NCBI GenBank assembly: GCA_041661045.1
Contig: JBAZVE010000001.1
Coordinates: 1 to 32,000 of the forward strand
DNA from: Candidatus Saccharimonadota bacterium
GTDB taxonomy: Bacteria > Patescibacteriota > Gracilibacteria > UBA1369 > 2-02-FULL-48-14
DNA: 32,000 nt
Direction: 5' to 3'
This document shows, one piece after another, positions 7,942-17,552 of the stretch. Position 1 is the first letter of the stretch, and every line of letters begins with the position of its first letter. The translations under genes and the position numbers were made by a program. The notes below the pieces were generated by a model. That model had not been told where the DNA came from, did not search any database, and saw only the letters and a list, made by a program, of their open reading frames with translations.

Positions 7942-9306
7942 ATGAAAACTCGCACCGAAAAAGACGCCATTGGCCCCGTTGAAGTTCCTTTGGAAAGTTA
8001 CGGAGGCAGTTTTTATACCCGTGCACAGGCCAATTTTCAAATTTCTCCGCTCCGCATTCCACATTCTTTTAAAGTGGGCTTGGCATGGATTAAATCCTGC
8101 GCGGCGGAGGTGAATGCGGATTTGGGCGATCTGCCCAAGGCTCACGCAGAGGCCATTGCGCAAGCGGCTCAAGAATTTATTGAGGGCAAATTTGAGGAAT
8201 ATTACGATTTGGATGTGTACCAAGCGGGAGCCGGGACTCCTTTCAATATGTCTTTGAATGAAATTTTGGCGAATCGGGCCAATGAAATTTTGGGTGGAAA
8301 GAAGGGCGAATACAAACCTTTGCACCCCAATAATCATGTGAATGCCGGGCAATCTTCCAACGATACTATTCCCACCGCCATTCGTTTGGCGGCGCTTTTG
8401 GAGCTGGTTCCTCTTCTGCAGAGTGGACAAAAATTGGCGGAGGCTTTTCAAAAAAAGAGTGTCGAGTTTAAGGACATGCTCAAAGTGGGGCGCACCCATT
8501 TGCAGGATGCCGTGCCGGTGACTTTGGGGCAAGAGTTTGATGCGTACGAATCGGCTTTGACCCGCGCACTGGAGCGCTTGGAAGCGGCTGCGCCCGAGCT
8601 CGGAGATTTGGGAATTGGGGGTACAGCAACAGGTTCGGGAATTAACACACGGCCCGAATTTGCTCAAAAAATGGTGGAAGCGCTTTCTAAAAAAATGGGC
8701 ATTGAGCTGGGCTTTATGAATCCTTTTGAAAACAGTCACAGTCTGGGTGTGTTTGTTTCAATCTCGTCGGCGCTACGAGCCCTTTCCATTGAGTTGCTCA
8801 GAATCTGCAGTGACTTGCGCCTTATGGTTTCGGGCCCGGAAGCGGGCTGGAATGAAATCCATTTGCCGGAAGTGGAGCCGGGGTCTTCTATTATGCCGGG
8901 CAAGGTGAACCCTTCGGTGCTTGAGTGCATCAGCATGATTTGTGTGCAGGTTCAGGCTTTGGATCATGCCATTGCGTTTTCCGGATCCCAAGGACAACTG
9001 GAACTCAACTGGTACACCCCGCTTGTGGGCTGGGATTTGCTTCATCAAATCCAGATTTTGGAGCGAGGAATGGACTTGCTCCGCCGAGATTGTATTGAAG
9101 GAATCACCGCGAACAAGGAGCAGATGCAGGAGGTTTTGGATCGCAGTTTTGCCATGGCCACCGCACTGGTGCCGCATCTGGGCTACCATGAAGTTGCGGA
9201 GATGGTGAACCGCTCCAAACGGGAGAAAATTCCTTTCGCCAAATTGGTGAAAAAAGAGCATCTCAAACACATTGCAGTGGAAAAGCTCACGCAGCCAAAC
9301 CTATAA
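7942..9306 (+). CDS. Aspartate ammonia-lyase / class II fumarate hydratase family lyase
   Basis: It carries the family signature GSSIMPGKVNP, plus TRTEKDAIGPVEVP, QSSNDTIPT and GRTHLQDAVPVTLGQEF. The motifs mix AspA-like (KGEY..L.PN.HVN) and FumC-like features, so the subfamily is left open. ATG 7942 is preferred over the track's TTG 7927. Confidence 0.85.
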   Translation: MKTRTEKDAIGPVEVPLESYGGSFYTRAQANFQISPLRIPHSFKVGLAWIKSCAAEVNADLGDLPKAHAEAIAQAAQEFIEGKFEEYYDLDVYQAGAGTPFNMSLNEILANRANEILGGKKGEYKPLHPNNHVNAGQSSNDTIPTAIRLAALLELVPLLQSGQKLAEAFQKKSVEFKDMLKVGRTHLQDAVPVTLGQEFDAYESALTRALERLEAAAPELGDLGIGGTATGSGINTRPEFAQKMVEALSKKMGIELGFMNPFENSHSLGVFVSISSALRALSIELLRICSDLRLMVSGPEAGWNEIHLPEVEPGSSIMPGKVNPSVLECISMICVQVQALDHAIAFSGSQGQLELNWYTPLVGWDLLHQIQILERGMDLLRRDCIEGITANKEQMQEVLDRSFAMATALVPHLGYHEVAEMVNRSKREKIPFAKLVKKEHLKHIAVEKLTQPNL

Positions 9307-9409
9307 GGAAAGAGGGAGGCTTTGAAAAAGCGGGAGCGCTCCAGTTCGGATGCATGATCCTCACTTCCGCTTCCTTTTGGTTTATGCTTTTTCAAAGCCC
9401 CCTCTTTCC
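9307..9409. repeat. Long inverted repeat (24 bp, one bulge) enclosing a 54-nt loop between convergent genes
   Basis: The left arm is ggaaagagggaggctttgaaaaagc (9307-9331) and the right arm is gctttttcaaagccccctctttcc (9386-9409). The loop contains further small palindromes, including ggagcgctcc. Confidence 0.6.
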
Positions 9410-9441
9410 CCCGGGATTGTATGGGTGAGTTTCTTTTACAA

Positions 9442-11577
9442 TCACTTCACGGTGACGGTTTTGCTGAATGCGTCGACGATGCCGGTGCTTTCGGTGATTT
9501 CTAGGGTGATGGTGTAGGTGCCCGGGGCATCGTAAGTGTGGCTGCCGGGTTTGCGGTCAAAGCTGATTTCTCCATCCCCAAAGTCCCATTCGTAGTTGTC
9601 GATGGTCCCCTGAGAACAACTGGGGTCCACCACCACAATGAGGAATCCTGTGCCGGTGCTTTCATTCACGGTGAAACAAGCGGTGAGGGCAACGGGACGA
9701 ACCACGATTTGCATTTCGGTGGAATCCCTGGCTCCGTCGGCTCCCACCACCGTGAGCACGGCGGTGTAAGTTCCCACGGCGTTGTATTTATAAGTCACCG
9801 TTGCATCGCCAATATACAAGTCTGCTCCATCTCCAAAATCAATTTCGTACGACACGATGCTGCCTTCTTTATATGAGGAGCCGGAAGCGTCAAAACTCAC
9901 TGTAAGCGGGACCTCTCCATTGCTGGGAGTGGCTTCCAGTTTTGCGGTGATGCCCTGAGCGGTGACTTCAATATTTACGGTGCTTTCCTTCGTGTTCCCG
10001 GCTGCATCGGTCACCACGAGCATGGCTTCGTATGAACCCACTTCTCCATAAGTATTTGAAACCTTGCTTCCACTGTCGTCCACAATCCCATCTCCATCAA
10101 AATCCCATTCGTAGTCCACGATGTCATCCTCCGGATCGGTGGAACCGGAAGCATCAAAGCCCACCGTGAGTGGCACGGGACCGGAGACCACTCCGGAGAC
10201 CGCCGCAGGACTGGTTTTTATGGACGCGCTTGGAGGCGTGCCTTCTTCCACCACTTCGAGGTCTAAAATGCTTTCATCCGCATTGCCGTCGGCGTCCAAA
10301 ACGGTGAGCACCACTTGGTAGCTTCCGACTTCTTCATAAGTGTGTTTTACACTACGGCCTTCCAATTTTGTGCCATCGCCCATGTCCCACTTGAACTTCA
10401 CGATTTTTTGTTCGGTGGCTTGAGATAAGTTCCCATCAAACTCATAGCGTTCATCCGTAAAATAGACCGCACCTTCTCCAAGAGGAGGCGTGATCACCGC
10501 TCTTAAACCTCCCACACTGCCCGCCTCGATCACTTGGCTGGTTGTGGCGGATTCTCCATTGTTGTCGGTCACACGCAAAGACACTTCATAATTTCCTTCC
10601 TGAGTGAATTCGTAGGATACCACTTCTCCAACCGCATCATCGTAGCGGCCGTCTTCATCAAAATCCCATTCGTAAGAAACAATTTCTCCGTCGGGATCAA
10701 AAGAACTTCCCGCATCAAAATTCACGGTGAGCGGAACTTCCCCACTGCTGGGATTGGCCACAAAGGATGCGGCGGTGAGTTCATTTTCTATCACCACTTC
10801 GGTGCTGGTTTCATAATCGAATCGAGCCCCGCTTTTCAGATCCATGTATTCCACGGTGAGCACCACGGTGTAGATCCCGTTGCCCTGTGCTTTTTGCTTA
10901 TATTCATGGGTCACTTTTTGTCCGTTCGCGATGCTGCCATCTCCAAAATCCCAGGTGTAAGAAAGAATGCTGTACACGGAAGTTTCTATTGGAATCAAGC
11001 TTGCATCAAAACTGATGCTGATGGGTGAAGTGAGTCCAATGGTGTTTTCCGGCACCGTTACGATGGGAGAACCATATCGCAACTCTTCCACCAAACGAGG
11101 CCCTAAAAACCATATTCCCACGAGCCACAAAACGCCGGTGAGCAGGAATCCGATTCCAAATTTTAAAGCCATGCGAGAGAACTTTTTCTTTTGTTCCAGC
11201 TCTTCTTTTTTTACGAGCAAAGAACGGATGAGCCCATATAAGGCGGCGAGCATCGTTGCAATGACCACGGCTCCCATTTGAATGTTGAAGAGTGTGTAGA
11301 AAAATTTATTGAAGCCCGCTTGAGAAATGGGAAGATATTTAAAGAGGATGAACTCCGTGTTTGCCAAAAAGGCGGCCCACAGCACCGTGAAGACCAAGAG
11401 CAGAACAAAAACTACGGATGAAACAATGCCGAGTCTTTTGAGCATTCGCTTGCGCTTGATTTTGGGATCAAGGGCGGGTGCGGCGGGAGCTGCAGGGGCT
11501 GGGCTTGGCGCCTCCGGAGCAGGCACTGCCGGGATCGGCTCTGACGACGGTGTGGGGGCTTGAGAAAATTCTTCCAT
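9442..11577 (-). CDS. Membrane protein: Pro/Ala-rich N-terminus, 3 TM helices, 6 PKD repeats
   Basis: There are six W/I-D-F/M-G/D-D-G cores (YTWDFGDGS, YEWDFDEDG, FKWDMGDGT, YEWDFDGDG, YEIDFGDGA, YEWDFGDGE). ATG 11577 (MEEFSQ) lies 1 nt after the upstream stop; the track start at 11658 would overlap the upstream gene. Confidence 0.85.
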   Translation of the reverse strand: MEEFSQAPTPSSEPIPAVPAPEAPSPAPAAPAAPALDPKIKRKRMLKRLGIVSSVVFVLLLVFTVLWAAFLANTEFILFKYLPISQAGFNKFFYTLFNIQMGAVVIATMLAALYGLIRSLLVKKEELEQKKKFSRMALKFGIGFLLTGVLWLVGIWFLGPRLVEELRYGSPIVTVPENTIGLTSPISISFDASLIPIETSVYSILSYTWDFGDGSIANGQKVTHEYKQKAQGNGIYTVVLTVEYMDLKSGARFDYETSTEVVIENELTAASFVANPSSGEVPLTVNFDAGSSFDPDGEIVSYEWDFDEDGRYDDAVGEVVSYEFTQEGNYEVSLRVTDNNGESATTSQVIEAGSVGGLRAVITPPLGEGAVYFTDERYEFDGNLSQATEQKIVKFKWDMGDGTKLEGRSVKHTYEEVGSYQVVLTVLDADGNADESILDLEVVEEGTPPSASIKTSPAAVSGVVSGPVPLTVGFDASGSTDPEDDIVDYEWDFDGDGIVDDSGSKVSNTYGEVGSYEAMLVVTDAAGNTKESTVNIEVTAQGITAKLEATPSNGEVPLTVSFDASGSSYKEGSIVSYEIDFGDGADLYIGDATVTYKYNAVGTYTAVLTVVGADGARDSTEMQIVVRPVALTACFTVNESTGTGFLIVVVDPSCSQGTIDNYEWDFGDGEISFDRKPGSHTYDAPGTYTITLEITESTGIVDAFSKTVTVK

Positions 11578-11578
11578 A

Positions 11579-14500
11579 TTAATGCTTGGTGATTTTAGTG
11601 AGCTGAGCTTTGAATATGAAGCTGATCGCGGCGAGTGCCGTGATGAGGGCGGAAACAATGAGCACCATCATTTCGCTTGGCGTGGCATTGAACAGATTAG
11701 CACCTCCCAAGGATCCTTCAAAGACCACTTGCAGGGTGGATATGTCTTTTTCTCCGGTGGCTTTGTCGTTTACGGTGAGCTTGACCACCACTTGACCGTA
11801 GGATTTATAAAAAGGTGTTTTCCAAGATCCTGCAGAATCGTCCACAAAATCCCTGTCATTGTCTCTCACACCATCGTTGTCGGTGTCGTAGAAAATATTT
11901 TTATCCAAGACGAATTCCAGGTCTTCAGAACCTCCCTCGGCTCCATAATAGAATGAGACTTCATCCCCATCTTTCTCCAAGACCACTTGGTTCAAACTGT
12001 TGGGTTGTGGTGTGCTGGTGAGGAGGGCTTGTACTGAATCCAGCGGGCTTGAGACGACCACGGTTTGTACGGTGGAATCGGTTTTTCCAAAACTGTCTTC
12101 CACAATCAACTTCACTTGGTAGGAACCGTAATCGGCATATTCAAAGGAGGGGTTTTTCGTGGTGGCATCCGTGTCATTTTCCGGGTCTGTATCTCCGTTG
12201 GTGTCCGCGGTGAGATTGAAGTCCCATGAAGCACTGAGGAATTCCGCTCCCTGAGCGGTGTCAAAGGAGGTCTCATTTTTGAAATCCACCATTTTATCGT
12301 TCACGATGGTGGAGAATTTGGCTTCGGGCGCTGTGCTTTCGCTCACATTGACCGTACGCGTTACGGTGTCTGCCTGGCCCGTGCTGTCCACAATGGTGAG
12401 ACGAGCTTCATAAGTGCCCAAGGCGGGATAGGTGTAGATTGGATTCTCTTCAAAAGAATCGGTGTCGTCGTCGGGGCTTCCGTTTCCATTGCTGTCCACG
12501 GAAAGATCAAAATCCCAATACTGCCCTTCCAATTTTGCGTCGTTCTCAAAATCAATGATGGAATTGTTTTGGAAACTCACGGTGGTCCCCGTTATTTCGG
12601 TGAGGAAGGCGGCTTCGGGCGGTGCGGAAAGTGCGTCCACAAAAATAGTGAGGGTCTCCGAAGGGTCGGTGGCACCCGCATCGTCTTCCACTTTCAATTG
12701 CACTTCAATTCCCTCCGGGTGCACTTGAGAGAACTCGTATTCAAAAGAGGCTTCTTCCGTGGGTTCGTTGTTCCAGAATCCATCGCCTTCAATGTCCCAC
12801 CAATAGTTCACAATTTCTCCATCCGTGTCGTAAGAAGTGCTGGAGAAACTGACCGGTTCCCCCACATAAACTGAGGTGCGATCCACAGAGATCCCCGCCA
12901 CCGGAGTTTCGTTGGGCCCATTGGTGACTTCCAGGGTTGGGATGGATGCGCTGTCCAAAAAGTCGGAACTTGAGACCTCGTTGCTGTCGTCATCGGTGAC
13001 TTCCACTGCAAATCCATATTCCAGAGTTTCTCCCGTTTTTCCTTTTGTATCGATGGTCATTTGGAACTCCGTGCTTTGAGCAATGATTTCCCCGAGTGCT
13101 TCCGCGGTGTCGTTGAGATCGTAATACCACGCCTTGATGAAGGTGATTTCTCCGTCTTCATCAAACGCGTCCACGCTAATGTCCACTTTGAGAGGCGTTT
13201 CCAATTTATCTCCTTCCGGGGTCACCGTGATGCCGCGAATCACCGGGTCCATGCCCTCAATCAGAATGTTGACGGAAGTTTGATCCATTACGGTGCTGTC
13301 GTCTTCATCACGAACGGTGAGCGTTACCGTAAAAGTCCGCTGTTCGGAGAACGAGTGGGTGACCGTGCTTTGAGAGGAGGTGACTCCGTCTCCAAAATTC
13401 CAGCTGTAATCCAAATTATCCGTACTTCCATCCACATTAATAGATTCCGTCGCATCAAAAGAAAATTTGGTCTTTATACTTCCTTTGAGTGAGCTCCCCG
13501 TTCCAATATCTTCTTCCGCTCCAATCGCAATCACGGCAATGGGAGCATCACCAGCTCCAATGTAGACGCGTTGCTTGATACTGTTTTCGTCATCCTCATC
13601 ATTTAAAGCGGTGAGTACCACTTCAAACACTCCGGCGGTTTCGTACACATGCGTCAAAATCGTTTCTCCTCGAGTGATGGTGTCGGTGTAGTCGCTGGAG
13701 CCGTCTCCGTAATCGATTTCAAAAGCGGTGGCCGTGGCACTGATCGCCGTGAATTCCACTTCCGCTTGGCCGTTTGCATCCAAATGTCTGGCGGTTTCTC
13801 CTTGGATCTCCATGCCAATGTCCAGCGTGGAATCGATGGTGATTGTACCCACTGCCGTATCACTCTTTTTGAGCTCGGCGGAATGTTGGTCATAAACAGT
13901 GAGGCTCACACCGTAATCTCCCTTTTTAAGGAATTGCACCGTGAGTTCTTTGTTCTCGTTTTCTGCGCTGAGGATGGTGTAATCCTCCCCTTCCGTGCCT
14001 TCAAACTCCCATTCAAATGTGAGAGTGTCTCCTTCATCCGGATCATAACTTTCCCCGGCATCAAAGAAGAGTGTTGCAGGCTGCGTTTGGCTTGGGACCG
14101 TGTATTCATAAGAAGCCACGGGTGCCGTGGATTCCACCAAAAAGCTGAGTGAAGCGGTGTCGGTTTTCCCACTTCCATCCGAAACGATGAGTTGCATGGT
14201 GTAGACGCCGGGTTCTTCCAAAGCAACCGCAATGACTTCCCTGTTGTTCTCTTCTAAAGGTACTGCCGTGCCCTCCTTTGTGAGGGTCCAGGAAGTGCTT
14301 ACGATTTTTCCAATGTCGGTGGTGGAGCCGGAGGCGTCGAATTCAAAAATGGTGCCCACGGTGCCGGAGCTGGGGCTCATGGAGAACCGGGCGGCCGGCG
14401 AGGCCACGAATAAAGTAAAATATTTACGGTCTTTTACTCCGGTGTCGTCTGTGACGGTGAGAGAAAGGTTGTACGAGCCGGCCTCTCCATATACATGGGT

Positions 14501-16564
14501 CACCGTGCTGCCTCCTTCTTGTCCGTAAGATCCGGATGCGGTTTCACTGTCTCCAAATTCCCATTCGTAATACACAATGCCTCCCTCCGCTCCGGTGTTG
14601 CCATCTCCATCGGTGGTTTCACTGGCATCAAATGTGATGCCTCCTTCCGCTTCGGACATCGTTACTTTATAAGTTCTTTGATCAATGGCCGGAAAGGATC
14701 TGAAATCGGCGATCACGCTCGCGGCCTCTGTCCCCGCTTGTGCCGTGAGCACGATCATGGATTTGGAAGGTTCCACTTCCACCGTTACCATTGACACTCC
14801 CGCGGCAATATTTTCATCTTGGCTGCGAACGCGCACTCGTATTCGGTAGGTCCCCGGTTCATTGTAGGTTGCGCTCACCGCGTCTCCTTCCGTGTTTTCG
14901 GAAGTCACGGCGGCGGTGTTCAAAGTGCCGGAGCTTTCAAAGTTTCCATCTCCATTCAAGTCCCATTCAATTTGATCGTCTTCCACCGTTTTTCCACTGG
15001 GGTCTTCCGTGCCAAGCACATTGAACCGTACGATCAAAGGATCGTTGCCGGAAGTGGCGGAGGCCTTGAGGCGCACCTTTACAAATTCCAGATTCTCCAC
15101 CAAGTTGTGGAGGTCATTCATGGCGGTCACAATTTCTTGCGCCGTTTTTGCGTTCACCGTTTCCAAAGAACTGTCCAGCAGTTCATCGGCCGCGTTGAAG
15201 GCGTCCAAAACTTCCGTGAGTTTGGATCCGGAATCAAAGCCCTGTCCTTCGGTATCAAAAAGATCTTTCATCTCTCTAAATCGTTCCAGCAAGGCTCCCA
15301 CTTCTTCAATATAATCCCCTTCGGCAGCCGTTTGAATGGCCACAATATAGGAACACACTTTGTCATCGATCTCACGAATATCCATATCGTAGACCGTGTA
15401 GCCCAAGGCATAGGTATAGAGTTCCGTGCTCTCATCATAATCTCTTGTGTTGCAGGCATCGGTGGTGGTGACCCCTCGATCGAGTTCCTGAATGATTTCT
15501 TCCACGGAGGCGGCGGAAGCTTTTGGAATGAGACGAGCAAAGAATCGATCCAAGTAGCTGGTTTGAGTGCCGCTTCGCAAATAGTTATAAAGCGCCTGAG
15601 CGGCTTCGTAAGTTCCACTCAAGGAATCCACTTCTTGTTGAATGTCTTGGATTCCCTCACGCAGCATGTCGATGTAATCTTCCACATCGTCCTCATCAAT
15701 AAGAGTGTATTGATCAGCATAATCGCTATCGGTGTTTTGAGCCCATTCGAGCACATGCTCTAAAAGCCCATTGATGGTCCAATCCGTCTCTTCCACATCA
15801 ATAATGATGGGCATTTCCACCGACTGCATGTACGCCACTTCCTGGCTCACTGTGAGTAAAGTTTGGTAGGAGTCCAAATATTCCGCGCTGATTTCCTCAA
15901 TTTCTTCCAAAACAAACTCCGTATCAAAAGAAGCTCCGGTTTCCGTAATGGTGGTTCCATCCACTTCTCCCCCGCTTCCATCTCCGGAACCGTCACCCCC
16001 TCCTGCGCGGAGCAAAGTGTTCACCATGGCGAAGGACCCCAGAATGATTAAAATTCCAATAGCGGCATAGCTGATGGCCTTTTTTCCGGTGGAGGCCATG
16101 TCTTCATCTCCACGGCTGAGCACATACATGACTCCTCCGTAGACTACAATCACCACGGCGATCAATCCTAAAAAGGACAAGGCGTAGTTCACAATGGTCT
16201 GAATAAATTCTCGCGCACTCTTGTTTTCCGTGAGCTGGGGTGCGTAACCGGCTTCATCCGGCGCTTCAAGCTCTCCTTCCAATTCCGTAAAATCCACTAT
16301 CTCGTCGCTGGTGTCACAGCCCAAGGCTCCGGCCAAACTTTCGTCCAATTCCGCACATTGCGATTCGATGATGTCGCCCTGTGACGCATCGGTATTGGTT
16401 TCACCGGTTTCCACGCTAAGGTCAAAGATCTCATCCAAATCATCCACTAAATCTGCGGAAGCCGGTAGCGCCCATAGGCTATTTATCCCTAAAATAAGAG
16501 AGAAAAGCAGCGGAGTGATGCGGCGGCGAAGGTTCATATGTTGGAGGGCCTGGCGTTTTTCCAT
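11579..16564 (-). CDS. Giant surface protein (about 1661 aa): signal peptide, pilin-like TM hairpin, acidic helical region, about 11 PKD/Ig-like repeats, C-terminal TM anchor
   Basis: The signal-like N-terminus is LLFSLILGINSLWALPASA. The hairpin is LGLIAVVIVVYGGVMYVLSRGDEDMASTGKKAISYAAIGILIILGSFAMV. PKD cores include YEWEFGD, FEIDYGDGS, YSWNFGDGV and YWWDIEGDG. The C-terminus is MMVLIVSALITALAAISFIF plus KAQLTKITKH. The start is uncertain: ATG 16564 or ATG 16537. Confidence 0.85.
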   Translation of the reverse strand: MEKRQALQHMNLRRRITPLLFSLILGINSLWALPASADLVDDLDEIFDLSVETGETNTDASQGDIIESQCAELDESLAGALGCDTSDEIVDFTELEGELEAPDEAGYAPQLTENKSAREFIQTIVNYALSFLGLIAVVIVVYGGVMYVLSRGDEDMASTGKKAISYAAIGILIILGSFAMVNTLLRAGGGDGSGDGSGGEVDGTTITETGASFDTEFVLEEIEEISAEYLDSYQTLLTVSQEVAYMQSVEMPIIIDVEETDWTINGLLEHVLEWAQNTDSDYADQYTLIDEDDVEDYIDMLREGIQDIQQEVDSLSGTYEAAQALYNYLRSGTQTSYLDRFFARLIPKASAASVEEIIQELDRGVTTTDACNTRDYDESTELYTYALGYTVYDMDIREIDDKVCSYIVAIQTAAEGDYIEEVGALLERFREMKDLFDTEGQGFDSGSKLTEVLDAFNAADELLDSSLETVNAKTAQEIVTAMNDLHNLVENLEFVKVRLKASATSGNDPLIVRFNVLGTEDPSGKTVEDDQIEWDLNGDGNFESSGTLNTAAVTSENTEGDAVSATYNEPGTYRIRVRVRSQDENIAAGVSMVTVEVEPSKSMIVLTAQAGTEAASVIADFRSFPAIDQRTYKVTMSEAEGGITFDASETTDGDGNTGAEGGIVYYEWEFGDSETASGSYGQEGGSTVTHVYGEAGSYNLSLTVTDDTGVKDRKYFTLFVASPAARFSMSPSSGTVGTIFEFDASGSTTDIGKIVSTSWTLTKEGTAVPLEENNREVIAVALEEPGVYTMQLIVSDGSGKTDTASLSFLVESTAPVASYEYTVPSQTQPATLFFDAGESYDPDEGDTLTFEWEFEGTEGEDYTILSAENENKELTVQFLKKGDYGVSLTVYDQHSAELKKSDTAVGTITIDSTLDIGMEIQGETARHLDANGQAEVEFTAISATATAFEIDYGDGSSDYTDTITRGETILTHVYETAGVFEVVLTALNDEDDENSIKQRVYIGAGDAPIAVIAIGAEEDIGTGSSLKGSIKTKFSFDATESINVDGSTDNLDYSWNFGDGVTSSQSTVTHSFSEQRTFTVTLTVRDEDDSTVMDQTSVNILIEGMDPVIRGITVTPEGDKLETPLKVDISVDAFDEDGEITFIKAWYYDLNDTAEALGEIIAQSTEFQMTIDTKGKTGETLEYGFAVEVTDDDSNEVSSSDFLDSASIPTLEVTNGPNETPVAGISVDRTSVYVGEPVSFSSTSYDTDGEIVNYWWDIEGDGFWNNEPTEEASFEYEFSQVHPEGIEVQLKVEDDAGATDPSETLTIFVDALSAPPEAAFLTEITGTTVSFQNNSIIDFENDAKLEGQYWDFDLSVDSNGNGSPDDDTDSFEENPIYTYPALGTYEARLTIVDSTGQADTVTRTVNVSESTAPEAKFSTIVNDKMVDFKNETSFDTAQGAEFLSASWDFNLTADTNGDTDPENDTDATTKNPSFEYADYGSYQVKLIVEDSFGKTDSTVQTVVVSSPLDSVQALLTSTPQPNSLNQVVLEKDGDEVSFYYGAEGGSEDLEFVLDKNIFYDTDNDGVRDNDRDFVDDSAGSWKTPFYKSYGQVVVKLTVNDKATGEKDISTLQVVFEGSLGGANLFNATPSEMMVLIVSALITALAAISFIFKAQLTKITKH

Positions 16565-16580
16565 GGTATTATAACGGTTT

Positions 16581-17549
16581 TTATCTGGACGCATCAAGCT
16601 CAACCACTGTGTTCACAATGGCGAAGGCGGCGAGGGCTAAAATGATGCCCACGGCAGCACCCATGATGATCTTTTTAGATTTGGCCACATTGTCTTCGTT
16701 CTGCACTCCCAAGACATAGAGGTAACCCGCATATAAGAGGAAGGCGAAGGAAAGTGTGCCCAAGGTTCCCGCAATAAAGTTGGTGACTTGTACAAAAAGA
16801 AGTTTGGCTTCTTCCACTCCAAGCGACTTCCCTTGATTTTGGAAAAGAATTTCTTTGACCACAAACTCTGAGATTCCTATTACAAAGAGTCCCACCAAAG
16901 CCCAAGTGATTTGTTTTTTGGCCTTACCCACTTGATCTTCACTCGCCGAGCCTCCCACAAAACGCATGCCCGCCATGATGAGAACCGAGACGGCAATGGA
17001 CCCAATTAAGATTTGAATCAAGCTGTAAATTCCTCGAAAGAGGGTACTGGCTTGCCGTCCAAACTCTTGAGCCCCGGACTCTCCTCCCCTTAAAATTCCT
17101 CCATCCGCTCCAAAGAAAACCTCCACCAAAGAGTCGGACATAAAAATGATGACTAAGCCCTGCAGACCATAGCTTATAAAATTCTTGGATTGAGAAAGCA
17201 CTTCTTCACTTTCTTTTCCCGCAGTGACCATTCGCACGCCCATGATCACAATAAAGAGGATGGTGACCGGGGTTATGATGAGTTTGAAGAAATCCAAAAA
17301 GCGTTGGATGGCGGCCACAATGACATTGGCGCCCTCCCCTTGTTCCGAGAATGTCGGGAAGCTGATACCTCCGGAGGGCTCTTCATCACTGCTGGTGGGG
17401 GCAGTGCCGTCCTCCACCTGAGTGCTTTCCTCGCTTACATTTTGCTGAAAATCGTCAATGATGCTTCTAAAGTCCAAAGCATCGGCCACCGCGGCACTTG
17501 CGGTGAGCAGTTGTATACTTGTGAAAATGAGGAAGAGGTATTTTTTCAT
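16581..17549 (-). CDS. Membrane protein with signal peptide and three tandem TrbC/VirB2-like (T4SS_pilin-like) hairpin modules
   Basis: The signal peptide is MKKYLFLIFTSIQLLTASAAVA. It has three TM-loop-TM units, with loops AGKESEEVLSQSKN, GGSASEDQVGKAKKQ and GVQNEDNVAKSKKI. Confidence 0.75.
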   Translation of the reverse strand: MKKYLFLIFTSIQLLTASAAVADALDFRSIIDDFQQNVSEESTQVEDGTAPTSSDEEPSGGISFPTFSEQGEGANVIVAAIQRFLDFFKLIITPVTILFIVIMGVRMVTAGKESEEVLSQSKNFISYGLQGLVIIFMSDSLVEVFFGADGGILRGGESGAQEFGRQASTLFRGIYSLIQILIGSIAVSVLIMAGMRFVGGSASEDQVGKAKKQITWALVGLFVIGISEFVVKEILFQNQGKSLGVEEAKLLFVQVTNFIAGTLGTLSFAFLLYAGYLYVLGVQNEDNVAKSKKIIMGAAVGIILALAAFAIVNTVVELDASR

Positions 17550-17552
17550 GAT

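Noticed and set aside
7207-8739. Minus-strand ORFs of 164 aa (7207-7701) and 275 aa (7912-8739)
   Set aside because: They lie antisense to rlmE and to the aspartase/fumarase-family gene. Their compositions are skewed (Arg/His/Pro/Gln-rich), which is typical of shadow frames.
9183-9395. 70-aa minus-strand ORF spanning the long inverted repeat
   Set aside because: It overlaps the 3' end of the lyase gene and is largely the translated palindrome. It has no independent start context.
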